Counted from the first letter of the stretch, positions 1-14,180 are shown. The stretch is 64,000 nucleotides of DNA from Callorhinchus milii (GCF_018977255.1 NW_024704742.1:50408001-50472000), one strand, 5' to 3'. Program-made: numbers and translations. The notes: generated by a model not told the origin, from the letters alone.

Positions 1-319
1 TGTAAGTACGGTAAACATGTGCTAGTGCAGGGCACATCGGGCGCCTTCCGAAAGCGACAAGTGCACCTTATCTTATCAGGGTGTGTGCAGGTGCCACGTG
101 GATGTGATGCACACAGGGACAACTCCTGACAGTTTTAAAGGGAACGTCCCAAAAACCGTGTGCACAACCTACATACGGTGAAGGAAGGTACCATAAACAA
201 TGGAATGTTTTTTGTCTCGGGTGAAAGGGGAAAACATTGTAACAGAGGATGTTGTGTTTGTTTTGGATTTCTGTTGTACCAAATATATTTATAAATAAAT
301 ATATATTTTTTTAAAAAAA
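1..319 (+). mobile_element. 3' UTR end of a Tx1/L1-like non-LTR retrotransposon, running off the window start
   Basis: Reverse complement of about 28645-28930. AATAAA at 294-299 followed by an A tract at 313-319. Confidence 0.7.
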
Positions 320-1879
320 GCAATTGCACTTTGTTTAGATTTGCGTCCTTAATAAGGACCTGTTAGTCTTTAGAAAGGTGCCAGTTAATTCGCTTTACAG
401 AATATTCTGTGAAGCTCTTTGAGACGACTCGAAGTCTTGATCAGGCTCTATATCAAATGCAAGATTTGTTGCTGTGATAGTTATGCGGAGACTATGGATA
501 CGGCATTTCTAATGTTTCAAAAGCATTTACAAACTGCAGTAATATTGATGGTACAATATGAGTGGATAGAGAGCTGGAGAATGTTTCTCAAGCACCATCG
601 CTGCAAGAAACAGCAACTGAATCAGCATTGCTTAAACTCACTACTAACTCTGTAATTACTGACTGTTTAGATTTTTAACAAACTTGATTCAGACTATCTG
701 CTGCAGAAGTATTGTCTGTGGTAGTTGCCAGTGAACTGCAGTTGAAATGGTTCGATGCACTGTCTGTGGTGGTTGTCAGTTACCTGCAATTAAGACATGT
801 GGTGAATCTCCAATCTGTAAGAAAATGTAAGACGTAACATATGTAGAACCAGCAGAACAGTGAGAGATTGGACTAGGTGGATCACGCAGAGAAAAAACAT
901 CAGCAGAGACATGCTGAAAGGACTGTTTCTGTGCAGTAACCTGGTGGTTTGATCTGTAATTGAACTTAACAATGCACAGCTTACAACCTTTGACCATCTT
1001 ATGTCATATTTCTACTGTCTAATTGGCAGTGAATTGCCACTATTTTGGCCTTACTGCCAAAAGTGCAGTTTTACAGGGGTAGTGTAATTTGCTTCAAAGT
1101 CCTGCTCCTAACACCAGTGGAGGAGATGCTATCTGGAGCAGTGAGAGAGACACCCACACAACATGAACACCATGGTACACATGTGTAGACTGCACATGTA
1201 AAATGCAGATTGCTTCTCTTTAGCCCCACTTTAATATTCTTTTATTGCTGCATGAATGAAGAAAATGTAAATATTTTAAGAAATATTTCAAATGGCCTCA
1301 TTTCAAAGCAATTATTTTCAAATAAACCGGATTAATATGAAAAATTTAAATATAGGTTAATTAAAATGCATGATTATTTATGAGTTTGCACATCTCTCCA
1401 TATCAAGGTGGCATTGATAGAGGGGAACACGGCGGTGTAAATAATTAATTTATGAAAGGCTATTATATAATATGCTATTATCAATGTAGCTTTAAGATTA
1501 CAGCTGCAATTTCCTTCACGAGCAACAAGAATCATTAACTTTTTTGGTCCTCAGGGGGTTATTAGCTTTATGGTCAGAATCTCACTCAACAATATCTGAT
1601 GTCGGTGGACTTTCTTGCATGATGTCCATTGGATATGTTTTTTTCATGAGACTCTTGTTACTTAATTACAGTGGCTGCTCGATAGACACAATCTTGCAAA
1701 CCAACCGTCATTTTATTTTTATACTGCAGTACTGTTCCAATAAAACCTTCCCATGTATTAAAAATGAAGGGAAAATTCCACCAATATTTTGAAGAAGCAG
1801 CAGAGGAAATAGAGTGCTGAGCATTCTAAGAAAAGAATTACTCTCTTTTTCACTTTCAGTCTTTTCTAAAATGTTCTTT

Positions 1880-2790
1880 TTTTAGTCGGGTGTCTGAAAC
1901 ATGCAGAAACCCATCGCCATGATTAAGAGTATCCAAACCAAACTGAGATTTCCATGTATCCCACCTGCACATGTAAATTCCAGAGATAGATTATTGGAAT
2001 GCGATGCGCACTCTGCCCTTGGAGGCATGTACCCTGCTTACCTAATTCGGGAAAGTATTAGGCTCAGGTTGGCAAGAGCCAAGGCTTAGGGACCCCAGAG
2101 TGTGCGTTGGGGTACTGCTGGAGTCTAACCAGCTAAAATCATGTAGTTTGCTATTGATATCACTGGCTCGCAAGCTTTCCAACTGCTTGTCCAGCTAGGA
2201 CCAACAACGATAACAACAGCTTGGATTTATATAACGCCCTCCACACTGGACGGCATCTCAGAGCACTTCACGGTGACGGATCCCGGGGCCAAGTCAGGGG
2301 GAGGGGGAGGAAGGTGACCAAAGGTGCGGTCAAGAAGAAAGGTCTTCAGCCGAGACCTGAAAATAGGAAGAGAGGGGGCGAGGCGAAGGGAGTGAGGAAG
2401 GGTGTTCCAGAGCCTCGGGGCATAGTGGCTGAAGGCACGTCTGCCGATGGTGGAGCGGAGGATTCGGGAGACAAGGAGGAAGCCCGACCCGGTGGAGCAA
2501 AGGCAGCATGCACTGTTGTGAGGAGAGAGGAGGTCAGAGAGGTAGGGGGGTGCAGAGGAATGGAGGGCTTTGAAGACAAGGGTGAGGATCTTGAAGTCGA
2601 TCCTCTCTGGGACAGGCAGCCAGTACAGTCTGGTAAGGACTGGGGTAATTGGGGAGCGGAGTTTGGTGCGGGTAAGAATGTGGGCAGCAGAGTTTTGGAT
2701 GAACACCCTACCCGTTAGGACTTTGGCTTGTAGGGTTAACAGGAGCTGAGTGGGATGATTCTCTGCCCCCAGTGACTGGTCTACCCAGTC
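1880..2790 (-). repeat. Unclassified interspersed repeat (family X), split by an L2 insertion at 2203-2703
   Basis: 1880-2202 plus 2704-2790 align collinearly with 54605-55070 and with the reverse complement of the 27520, 56170 and 60780 copies. Confidence 0.8.
2203..2703 (-). mobile_element. L2 LINE 3' fragment
   Basis: ORF2 C-terminus IQNSAAHILTRTKLRSPITPVLTRLYWLPV...LKTFLLDRTF (2227..2706) plus a (TTG)n-like tail. Confidence 0.9.
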
Positions 2791-5766
2791 ATATGGTCAT
2801 ATACACAGATGATCTTATGAGGCACAAATTCTGGAGTTAGATATGGTTAAAAATACATTGTGGAGTACAAAGATTAGGAGTGACAGATTGTGCAACCAAA
2901 GATTAAACCCAAGGCTTCAGTGGTTTGTAATATTTTATGGAGAAATTGTAAAGGATTGCTTATGAAGCAGTTGTTTTCTTCTGTTTCATATTTCTATTGG
3001 TAATAATTCCAGTAAGTTGTGTATTTTTAACATATTACATTTAAAAATTATAGTAAGCATTAAAAATTTTCTTTTTTTTAATGAATTTTCTACTTATAGT
3101 GGCTCATGTTCATTTTCCCTCCTTTGAATCAGAAGAAAAAAGATGACTATCCATAAGTATTGGAGCCATCCTGACACAATCCTGGCCAGTTTAGCACTTT
3201 CTGCTCTTGCAAACATCTGAGACAAGTATATCCTGCCCTGGGGGAGGAGGAGAGCACATCCCTGCATTAACATTGATAGACAGAAAATAATAAAATTGCA
3301 ATAAAAATAAGCCATTTTGCCTCCAGGCTTCGAAAATTGGGAAACAAATTCAAGAACTCTGCTACTTATCACTGTTGTGTAAAAGACAAAATGCTCCGTT
3401 TATCCATCAGCAATGCTCCATCATTTATAAGTTTTAGATTTCGCACCTTTTCAATCACTGAGATGCTGGAGACGTGCTCTTACTGTAATCTGCTGTAACA
3501 GGAACTGTTTCCAAGCAGGATTCATGCCAATTGCTTATTTTTTCTTCATACTGAAAATCCAGACCACCTGACATGTCACAGTGTTATAACAATAATAATT
3601 CTTACTTTTGCTTTAGTGCCATATCACGGTGTCAAGTGCTTCACAGAATTCTTACTGTGAAGTGTAATAATTATATTTCTTGTGCTCAAATTGGTTGCTG
3701 TTTTCACCAACAAACAGGAGGAGGAAAATGATAGGACCCCTCCCTAAGATCAAGAAATATTTTACAGCTTTCGCCACACTGCCCCTTTGTTTCTAAAGTG
3801 GCTAAGGTCGCTCTCCAAGCAAATGCATAGGTTCCAAGTTCTCTTTTCTCTTGGATGTTGGTGAAGAAAAAAATACATTTTTGGTAGTTCCTTAAAATAT
3901 TGACATGTCTTAAAACAATAATAATAACAGCTTAAGTTATACAGCACCCTTTACGCAGTGCACTGAACAATGGTGTAGTTTGATGCCAAGTAGGGGAGAA
4001 AGGGGAGGTAACCATAGGCAAATCTTGCAATCTGAAGACTGGCAAGGAGAAGGCAAAGCAGAGGGATGGAGGCAGAGAGTTCCAGAGCTTTGGAGCATGG
4101 TGGTTGAAATCATGGCAACTGATAGAGGAACATGGAACTTAAGCTGTTATTATTATCACAATTAATTATTGTGCAGTGTTGTTATTGTACGCAAAAATGG
4201 CAGCTATTTTGCACCATTAAGGTCCCACAAGCAGTTATGAAGTGAATCGTCAATAAAATCTGGAGCTTGTTGACCAGGAGAAGAGGAAACTCCTTTCTAC
4301 TTTTGAATAGAATTTAAGCAGCAGCAGACCCTCAGATTTAGGGATAAAAAAGAATATTCATTGGCTTCTGGTCTCTCTATGGCACAGCATCCTCCTCCTG
4401 GAATTCCTGGCCGCCAGCTGTTACAAGGTCTAACCATTTACAAGGCATGGCATAAGAACTGGATTCTCTTATATAAGCTAGCTCTCTACATGGGCCAGAT
4501 GAAGCTTTTCAAGAAATGAGATATTCCACAGCAAGATTTCTGGCGTTATCTTCCCAGTCTGGTTAAACATCACAACATGTCTGCTAATGACATTTCACCG
4601 GGAAGTAAGTCAACACCCCTTTAATTACAGAAATTAGGGTTATCAATAAACACAGTGGAAGAGCTTGAACGGAAGTCCTTGTCTACCATGGGAGCTGATG
4701 GAAGAACACTTCCTGGCAACATCTGTCTCACCATCATTATCATTGCTTCTGAACAAGAAAACGATTAATTTAAAGAGCATTTCTACCAGTAATTACTCGA
4801 TGTTTTCTTTGGTGCAATGTGCCATTTTCCCTCGCATTTTGCCTACAAGGACTTTTACCTTTCTTGTGACTTAGAAAAAGAAAATGTCAGTTTTCTACCT
4901 TTACCTTTCTTCTGATGTTGACTGATGCTTGAATATAGAATGATGCATTTTGAAACGAGAAAGTTGATCTGGATATTAAAATATTAAAGCAGTTTCTGAC
5001 TTTCTTTGAATGTGCTAGTAATTGCCTAAGCATATTAAAACATTCTAGAGGCTGAAGGGCAAGAGATCCAGATAAAGACAGGATCACAAAGAGACTGGGG
5101 CTGAAGATTTCCACAGAATTGGAACCCAGTTTTATGGGATGGATGATGCGTTAAGACTGAACTTAGATGGAATTTCCAGCACCAGGTATTTACTGCACGA
5201 ACATCTGGGCTGACTGAAATATTAAGAAGGAGACAGCCCAAAATATTTTCTGGTGCTTTGCCTCTCTCATTCTTTGGATTTTCTCTTGAAATTGCACTTC
5301 CGTCTTTATAACCGAAGTGATACATTACACATGGTTATTCACAGTCCGATGTACAGAGTCAGTAATTGCAAGTCTAGATTGCAGAGAATCAGAATGATTT
5401 GTAGATGGTCCTCCATAACTCATCCACAATATTCCTACACTCATCCTTTCTAATTCACATTTGCTTCCTCCAAGTAGGGCCCTTCAACTAATGCACTAAC
5501 AATGTCTGTAATACAGAATATACACACTACAGCCAAAGTATCACATTATTATAACATTCATCTTGTAATAATCTGAAGTATTTTATGGACATACAGTATA
5601 TGCAGGCGTCAAGAAAATACCTTGTCATTGGGAATGTGCCTTTGGGAATAAACTTAACAATTATCATAAGAAATCGCAATTCATTCTTTGTTAGACATAA
5701 TTAAACATAAAATCCATGTGCCAGCCATGTCCTGCTAGACAGGCAATTAAATAAGGTCCCAGAGCT

Positions 5767-8700
5767 ACAACAACAACAAAAACCACAAAATTAAATTTGT
5801 AAAGAGCCTTTCACGTCAAGAGGAAGTCCAAAGGCGCTCGACAGACAGAGTTACGGATCCAAGCTGAGCTTTGGGGTCAGGGAGGGTGGAGGGCAGGGGA
5901 GCAAACAGGGAGATCGAAAGCAAAGTTGAAGAGGAGGGTCTTGAGATGGGTCTTCAAGATGGCGAGGGAGGGGGCGAGGCAGAGGAACTGCGGGATGGAG
6001 TTCCAGAGGGTGGGGGCAGAGTGGCGGAAGGCCCACCCGCCAATAACGCCCTCCACACTGGACAGCATCTCAGAGCACTTCACAGTAACGGATCCCAGGG
6101 CAGAGCCAGGGGGATGGGAGAAAGGTGACCAAAGGCGCGGTCGAAAAGAAAGGTCTTCAGCAGAGACCTGAAAATAGGAAGAGAGGGGGCGAGGTGAAGG
6201 GAGAGAGGAAGGGAATTCCAGAGCCTCGGGGCATAGTGGCTGAAGGCACGGCCACCGAGGGTGGAGCGGAGGACTCAGTGGACAAGGAGGAGGCCAGACC
6301 CGGAGGAACAAAGGTAACAGGCACTGTTTTGAGGAGAGAGGAGGTCAGAGAGGTACCAAATGCAAGGATTATTATTAATATTATAGGGGGGTGCAGAGGA
6401 GTGGAGGGATTTGAAGACAAGGGTGAGGATCTTGGAGTCAGTCCTCTGGGACAGGCAGCCAACAACAACAACAACAACAAGATTCCATTTATAAAGCGCC
6501 TTTCACGTCAGGAGGACGTCCCAAGGCGCTGTACAGTTGGGTCATGACCCGTCTGGCAAGGACTGGGATGATCAGGGAACGGAGTTTGGTGCCGGTGAGG
6601 AAGTGGTCTGAGATAGCTGGATTTTATGGATGGTAGTGGATGGGAGACCGGTGAGGAGGACATTAGAATAGTCCAGCCGAGAGGTGACAAAGGCATGGAC
6701 TAGGGTTTCAGCGGCCTTCGGAGAGAGGTATTGGCGGAGACAGGCAATGCGTTGGAGGTGGAAAAAGTGGTGCTGGTGAGGGACCGGATGTGGGGGAGGA
6801 AGGATAATTGGGGGTTGAACCTGATGCCTAGGTTCCGTACGGGTTGGGAGAGTTTTAAGGGGAGGTCTGGTAGGTGGAGGAGGTGAGAACTGTGAGATTT
6901 GAGACGTTGACGAGAGCCAAAGAGCATGGATTCCATCTTGTCAATGTTCAGCTGAAGGAAATTTGCGCTCATCCAGCCCCTGAGATCTGACAGGCAGTCT
7001 GACAGAACATCAGGGAACTGGGGGTCGCAACGAGAGGTGGAAAAATAGAGTTGGGTGTCATCCGCGTACATGTGGAAATGTACCACATGTCTGCGGGTGA
7101 CATCCCCAAGAGGGAGCACGTAGATCAGAAAGAGGAGGGGGCCAAGGATGGATCCTTGGGGTACCCCGCAGGTGACCGGGTGAGAGCGGGAGGAGAAGCC
7201 GCTTATGCAGATGTACTGCTGGCGGTTTGTGAAGTAGGGCTCGAACCAGGTGAGTGTGGTCCCACTGAGGTGGATGATGGAGGAAAGGCGGTGGAGGAGG
7301 ATGGCGTGGTCGACTGTGTCGAACGCAGCAGAGTGGTCCAGGAGGACAAGGAGGCAGAGGGAACCCTGGTCACAGATGTCATTTGTGACTTTCACAAGCG
7401 CAGTCTCTGTACTGTGGGCAGGATGGAAACCGGACTGGAGGGGCTCAAAGAGGGAATGGGAAGAGGGGTGTGCGCGAAGTTGATTGGCAACAACGCATTC
7501 TAGGGCTTTTGCGAGGAAGGACAGGTTAGAAATCGGGTGGTAGTGGCTGGAGTTTGAGGGATCTAAGGAGGGTTTTTTGAGGAGGAGGGTGATAACAGCA
7601 GTTTTGAGGGGAGCAGCAACTGATCCGGAGGAGAGGGACTGGTTGATGATGTCAGCCAGTAGTGGGCAGAGGAGAGGGAGCTGGGTGAACAGTAAGTTGG
7701 TGGGGAGGGGGTCGAGGCAGCAGGTGGTGGGTTTCATGGAGGTGATGGTGAGTGAGAGGGATTAGGGAGAGATGGGGAGGTGTAGGAATGTAGGATGGAG
7801 GTGGTGGTAGGAGCAGATGATGGGGAGGGTAAGGGGGACAGAGAGGGTGTGGTGGTGGGTGACAAGAGGCAGGTGGATGAGGCTGTCTGGCGGATGTTAT
7901 GTATTTTAGATGAAAAGAAATCCATGACCTCCTCACACTTGGCATTTGATATGAAGATTGAGGAGGCCTGAGGGGAGGCACGGAGGAGGTAGTGGGTGGT
8001 GGAGGGTCTCAGGGGGCAGACTTTCCCAAGGGCGGTAGAGGATGGTTGAGGGCTTGGTGGAGGAGAGAGGAATGTGAGAGGAGAAGCAGATGAGGAAGTG
8101 GTCTGAGATAGCTTTGTCCACTATGCTGAAGTCGGAAATGTCAAGGCCGTGGGTGATAACAAGATCAAGGGCATGACCACTGTTGTGGGTGGGTGAGTTT
8201 ATATGAAGGGTGAGGTTTAGGGGGGAGAGGAGGGCAGTGAAGTCGGCAGAAGTAGTGCAGGGGGAGTTTAGGTGGAAGTTGAAATCGCCCATTATGAGCA
8301 GGCACCCGGAGCAGAGGGACGGGGAAGAGAGGAGAGTAGAGATGTCTGTGTGGAAGAAGCCGGGGGGCTTAGGGGGGTGGTAGTCAAGGAAGATTTTCAA
8401 TGGGAGAGAGGGGTGGAAGAGGGTGAGGAGCTCGAAGGAGGGGAAGCAGCCAGAGGAGTAGGGGGTAAGACCAAGGGAGGCTTTGGAAATGAAGGCCACC
8501 CTGTTGCCACGTTGGTTTGGATGGGAGTGTGGTGGAAGGTGTAGTCTGGAGGGGAGGCTTCCACTAGGCGAATACCGTGGAGGGCTTTTAAGGTGAGGAC
8601 CAGGATCTTGAACTGTATCCTTTGTGTGATGGGAAGCCAGTGGAGTTGGGCGAAGATGGGGGTGATAGGGTCATGGAGCCTAGTGCGGGAGAGGACACGG

Positions 8701-9070
8701 GCTGCAGAGTTCTGGATGATCTGCAGCCTGTGGAGGGAGGAGTTGGTGAGGCCGACAAGCAACGGGTTTGCATAGTCGAGCCTCGATGTAATGAAAGCAT
8801 GTATAATGGGTTTCAGCGGCCTATGTTGTAAGACAGTGGCGGAGCCGGGTGACATTGCGGAGGTGGGTGAAGGCAGAGCAGGTCATGGTGCAGATGTGGG
8901 GTGGAAAGGAGGTGTGGAAGCGCTGATGGGAACCAATCAAGAGGGCCTCGGTCTTTTTGACTTTCAACTGAAGAAAGTTAGCTCTCATTCCAGGACTTGA
9001 TGTCCAACAAACATTCAGTCAGGACAGCAGTGGTCCTGGAGTCAAGGGTGGAGGCAGAGAGGTAGAGCTA
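5767..9070 (-). mobile_element. Nested L2 cluster: older L2 (5767-6042 plus 8575-9070) containing a second L2 (6043-8574)
   Basis: The inner copy has APE endonuclease remnants (IMGDFNFH, GHALDLVIT, ISDH) and RT motifs (GVPQGSILGP, YADD in 6700..7737) with frameshifts. The outer pieces encode consecutive parts of the ORF2 C-terminus. Confidence 0.88.
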
Positions 9071-9211
9071 AATTCATAAATGAGAAAGAATGGGGAAAAG
9101 TCAGCTAACTAGTCAAAACAGAATTCAGCCCATGTAGTAAGCTCAGTCAGAATTTGCTTGAGTCTCTTTATGACTGTTATCTACTAGCTAAAATATTGTT
9201 TTGGTTGTGAT

Positions 9212-9505
9212 GCATTGCCCTGCAAGTGAGACACCTGGGTTCAATTCCAGGCAGGGCGAAACCTTGGGCAAGTTTCCTTACTCCACACGCCTGATAATAA
9301 TCCCTCCAAAAAACAAAACAATAATAAATTGGTCATTTTCAATCCATGACTGTTTGTGGGACACTGCTGTGTGCAATTGGCTTTTGCGCTTCGCCCACAA
9401 ATATACAGTCAATTCACTTTACAGCATATTCTGTGAAGTGCTTTGAGACATCTAGAAGACGTGAAGAGCACTAAATCAAATGCAAGGATTATTATATTAT
9501 TATTA
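9212..9505 (+). mobile_element. tRNA-derived SINE (young family), head partly lost
   Basis: B box GGTTCAATTCC, shared body, L2-type stem-loop and (TTA)n tail. Confidence 0.88.
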
Positions 9506-12066
9506 TGTTGTAGACTTTTCAATATGTAGCCTTTACAGGAATATTGTGCTGATCTTCAAATCTCTTCACAGCCAGGCCCCATCCTACCTATGCAATCTTC
9601 ACCATCTAGTCCATACTTCCATCCTTCCAAGTATACCTCTCTCTCTATCTTCAGAATCTCCCAAAAACTGATCTGTTCGACTATGGCTTTGGTCAAAATC
9701 TTTAAATCTCTTTCTTCCCTGCTCAGTATTCACTATTTTATTTGTAAAACGCTTTGTCACATTCTCTTACACAAAGCAACCCACAGTTCCCACCCTTAGC
9801 TTGGTTGCTAAGCCATTAATGTTAAGAGTCTTGAGATGTCCCCTGGACGTGAAAGGCACGATATAAATGTGTAATGTATTCCTATTCCTATATAAGTGCA
9901 AGTTATTCTTTTTGAATGGAGGCATGTTGTGTTACGACTGCAGGTTCTGAGACACTACCCTGAGGCTGAATGTATCCATACACACATACAAATGTGTATA
10001 TGAGCACACATGGTAATAATCCTTACATTTACTATTACACCTAGAAATGTCAAAACATCTCAAATTGCACTTATATAGCGCCCTCCACAACATGATAAAG
10101 CACTATATGCAAAATAGTATTATTATTATTAAAAGCATATTCAATTTGCGTCACTTTAAATCGAGGATATAATTTTGCGTAATCATAGGAGTTAAGTTTC
10201 AAAATATCGCTTAAACTCCCTAATGCGTTGCGATTTACAAACAGCAGACTCACAGCAGAACCATATTTAGGAGAAAATATACAGAATATACTACATATAT
10301 AGCACAAAAAGGAGGAGAAATTGGACACATTGAAATGTGTTTGTAGCACATGTGTCAACCGCAATTCCTCAAAAGGGCAGAAAATGTCTGTTTGGTTCAC
10401 TTTCATCAAGTCAACTCTTTATACTGTAATTGATTCCATTTGATGTTTCGGGCATTATATGGTAATCCATTAAATTGGCTTAATCCCACATTGAAGATAC
10501 AGACTTGCAGTAATTACAATAAGTTCTGTATTAGCACAGTGGCGGCATATTGCCTGGTCAGCATGCAGTGATATTACTGCACACTAGATGATTTCTTCAA
10601 TAAATTGATTCTTTAATTATTGTTTTCAACTGAAATGGTTGTAAACCCACAGGAAATTTTTCAGCCATAAATTATTTCCATCATTACAGCTCTGTGGAGA
10701 ATTTTTAACTGCCAGGTCTATGTTGCTTTAACAATGAGTTTCTGAATGTAGTATGGTTTTAGTCGATAAGAAAACAGGTGGTTGGCAAAGAATCTTGAAG
10801 AGGTCATAAAGCACAAGAGCGAAACACAAGCAGTTTGTGCAGCCAGCTCAACCTCAGGGGGCAAGAAAGGCAATTAAACACACGTCAGTCCTCTTTTGTT
10901 TCTTATTATATATACTGTGTGAGTGCAAACAACAGAATGGATCTGCAGGTTCAGTTTACGTATAGACTGAGATCATCACATGCTCCAAAGGGCATGATAT
11001 ATCTATTTTGTACCAATTGCTGGAATATTTTATGCAATAATGCCATTTACATTTATAAAGTGCCTTTCATGTCAGGAGGATATATATGATGGTAGCAGGC
11101 ATCATGGGAAGTAAGAACTATGTATATAGAACTTTCTCTCAGAAGATCAAATAGTTGGGTCGGGTATACAATGGGGTAGGAAGTACATGGCCTGTGGAAG
11201 AATCTAGTTTGATGTGCTCAAAGGTTTTATTTAAAAAATTCTGCTTTCTTATTTATGGCCCTTTTTATGTTGGTGAAATTTATTCCTCCAATTTGAGGTT
11301 AGTCCTTCAAGCTCACCATCTGCTTTATTACTACCAACAGTTACGACCAAAAATATTGCGTCACGTAATCAAAAGGGGGAGGGGAAATATTGAGGTGAAA
11401 TTCCAGGAACCAATCTTCGCAACATGCATCTGTAACGGGATCTCTCCATTATAAGTGCATATCCCAAATTCTATAACTTTACTGGTTCCCTCTGTCATCA
11501 GATGAAGATCAACATTACCCCAGAAAAAAATTGGTCATTCACTTCATTACTTCATTCACTTCATTACATTACTTCATTCATTTCATTACATCCTATTTGT
11601 AGGATGTGCTCTGTGTAAATTCACTGCCAAGCTGCTTACAAATACACAATCGCTAATTTTTACAAAAAATCTTGTGAAGAGCTTTGAGATGTTTCAGTGA
11701 TGTGATCAGGCAATATAATGAAATGCAAGAATTATTAGTAATATTATTTGAGACCTATTGTGCTATTCTGGTGTAAAAATACCTTGGTAAAATCTGATTC
11801 TTGGTAAAAAATAATCCTATATTTTAAAATAACGTTTTCGTCAACAGCATCTCCTCTAGTAAAATATAATGTACAATAAAAATATAGTGTTCTCACTTGA
11901 CAAGTAAAAATGTTTTACTACCAAAGGAGAGCAATGCATTCATGTCTTAGACTGGGTTATAAATCTCATAGTTTATATAAGAAAATAATCCCGAAGAAAT
12001 GCAGTGAATAATACCAGCAGCTCCCATCTCCATGGAATGCACACACTAGCTGTAGAATTAAACTTT

Positions 12067-13275
12067 AACAACAACAAAATGATATCTGTATAGCGCCTTT
12101 TGCATCGGGAGGACGTCTCAAGGTGCTGGACAATCAGTGTTTCGGACCCGAGCAAGGGGTTGGGATCAGCGAGGGTGGAAGGCAGGTGGGGGAAGGAGTG
12201 TGATCGAAGGCACAGTCGAAGAGGAGGGTCTTGAGATAGGTCTTGAAGGAGGCAAGGGAAGGGGCAAGGTGGAGGGATTGCGGGTTGGAGTTCCAAAGGG
12301 TGTGGGAAGAGTGGCAGAAAGCCCGCCCGCCGATCGTGGGGCGGGCGAGGCGGGAGACATGAAGGAGGCCGTAGCCCATTGAGTGGAGTGAACAGACAGG
12401 TTGGTAGGGGGTTAGGAGGTCGCAGAGGTAGGGGGGAGGAAGGCTGTTGAGGGCTTTGAAGTTGAGGACCAAGATCTTGAACTGTATTCCCTGTGTGATG
12501 GGAAACCATTGGAGTCAGGCGAAGATGGGGGTGATAGGGTAGCCAAGCCTGGTGCGGTAGGGGACATGGGCTGCAGAGTTCTGGATGATCTGCAGCCTAT
12601 GGAGGGAGGAGTTGGGGAGGCCAAAAAACAGGGAGTTTGTGTAGTGAAACCTAAAAGGTATCAATGCATGTGTGAAGGTTTCGGCGGTCTGCGGTGTGAG
12701 ACAGTGAGGGAGCCAGGCGGTGTTGCGTAGGTGGGGAAGGCAGAGCAGGTCATGGCACAGGTGTGGGATAGAAAGGATAGTTGAGGGTCAAACAAGATGC
12801 CAAGGTTTCAGACTGGCTCAGTAAGGTGGAGTGCGCATTTGGATGGTGATGCTGTCAACACCTGAAGTGAGGAGGCACTGACGGGAGCCAATCAGGTGGG
12901 CCTTGGTTTTGTTGGCGTTCAACTGTAGAAAGTTATCTCTCATCCAGGACTTGATGTCTGACAGACATTCTGTCAGCACAGCAGTGAGCTTTAGAGTCGA
13001 GGGTGGAGGCAGAGAGATAGATTTGGGTGTTACCAACTGTATGCAGGTGACACCCAACGCTTTCTCTCTGCCTCCACCCTCGACTCCAGGCTGTCCTGAC
13101 AGAATGTCTGTCAAACAGCAAGTCACGCATTCATGTGGAAGTTGACTCCATGACTGCAGATGCTGTCACCAAGAGGGAGCATATAGATGTTGAAGAGGAG
13201 GGGACCAACGACAGAGCTCTGAGGAACACTGCATGAGATGGTGCGGGGGCTAGAGGAGAAGCTGTTTGTGGAGAT
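12067..13275 (-). mobile_element. L2 LINE 3' fragment with an internal fold-back duplication
   Basis: VPQSSVVGPLLFNIYMLPLG, SWMRDNFLQLN, LKTLLFDCAF and a (TTG)n tail. Confidence 0.9.
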
Positions 13276-14180
13276 CAATGGATCTCTCACTATTTTAAAA
13301 GCCACTTGCCGAAAAGAATTCTAATGTTTTACCCATCCTGTTACAAAAGGTTTAGCTCTACAGGAGTGAACACTATCGCACCAGCATACTCAGCAAAACA
13401 AAATATTTGCCTTACAACAAACAGCCGTTCTGGAGACTGTAACAATTTGAGATGTGATTAGTCTGTGGACTCTTCACTTCAACTCTTTCACAGACTAAAA
13501 TTTCCATCAAGTAAACACAGAGATGTATTCTTATCTGTATGTTGCAGCAGGGAATAACTATTTTGCAAATAAAGCAGGTATTTGTTTAATTGGACCAAGA
13601 TCTATCCAACTAAATGTAACTTGTGAACAATTGCCCTTTGTCTGGTGCTTCACATGTCTGTTGACAGCTACATCTACACGGTGCAAAATTAGTAATTGTG
13701 TTCACTGGACAGGTTCCAATTAATGTTTTAATTCTCAGCAATCCGAGAACAAAGCATTGTGATTGCAGTTCCTATCTGTTTAATATTCCCTCAGCTTCTT
13801 GGGGTCGTCTGCTGCACATGTATCATTGCATCCAGACCACCTGCAAACACAAATGCATCTTGTCTGGTTTTCATGGTAGAAATTTCCAAGCAAACTGTCC
13901 CAAACCAGGTTATCCCAAACCAGATATGTGGAATCCGAGCAAAAGGATGGCTTAGACCTTAAGGCTCAAAATTCTGGAAGACAAGCGTTCAAAGTTGTTG
14001 TCAGTTAGAGGGTTTATTTGGCCAGTTCAATTGCACTCAGATATTCTGATAGAAGTGCACAGCTTCCTTTGAACTATCCAACAAATGGAAAGTAATGCAG
14101 CTAATTACACAGAGTCTGGCATGCAAGTGAACCTCTGAAAGGGTAGTTAGTTGTTCAGCAACGTTCTGGCAGCTAGCAAC

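Noticed and set aside
560..1160. Harbinger-like remnant or minus-strand exon (tttcttacag acceptor-like site near 817)
   Set aside because: There are only short motif hints, with no TIR, no matching donor and no convincing protein similarity.
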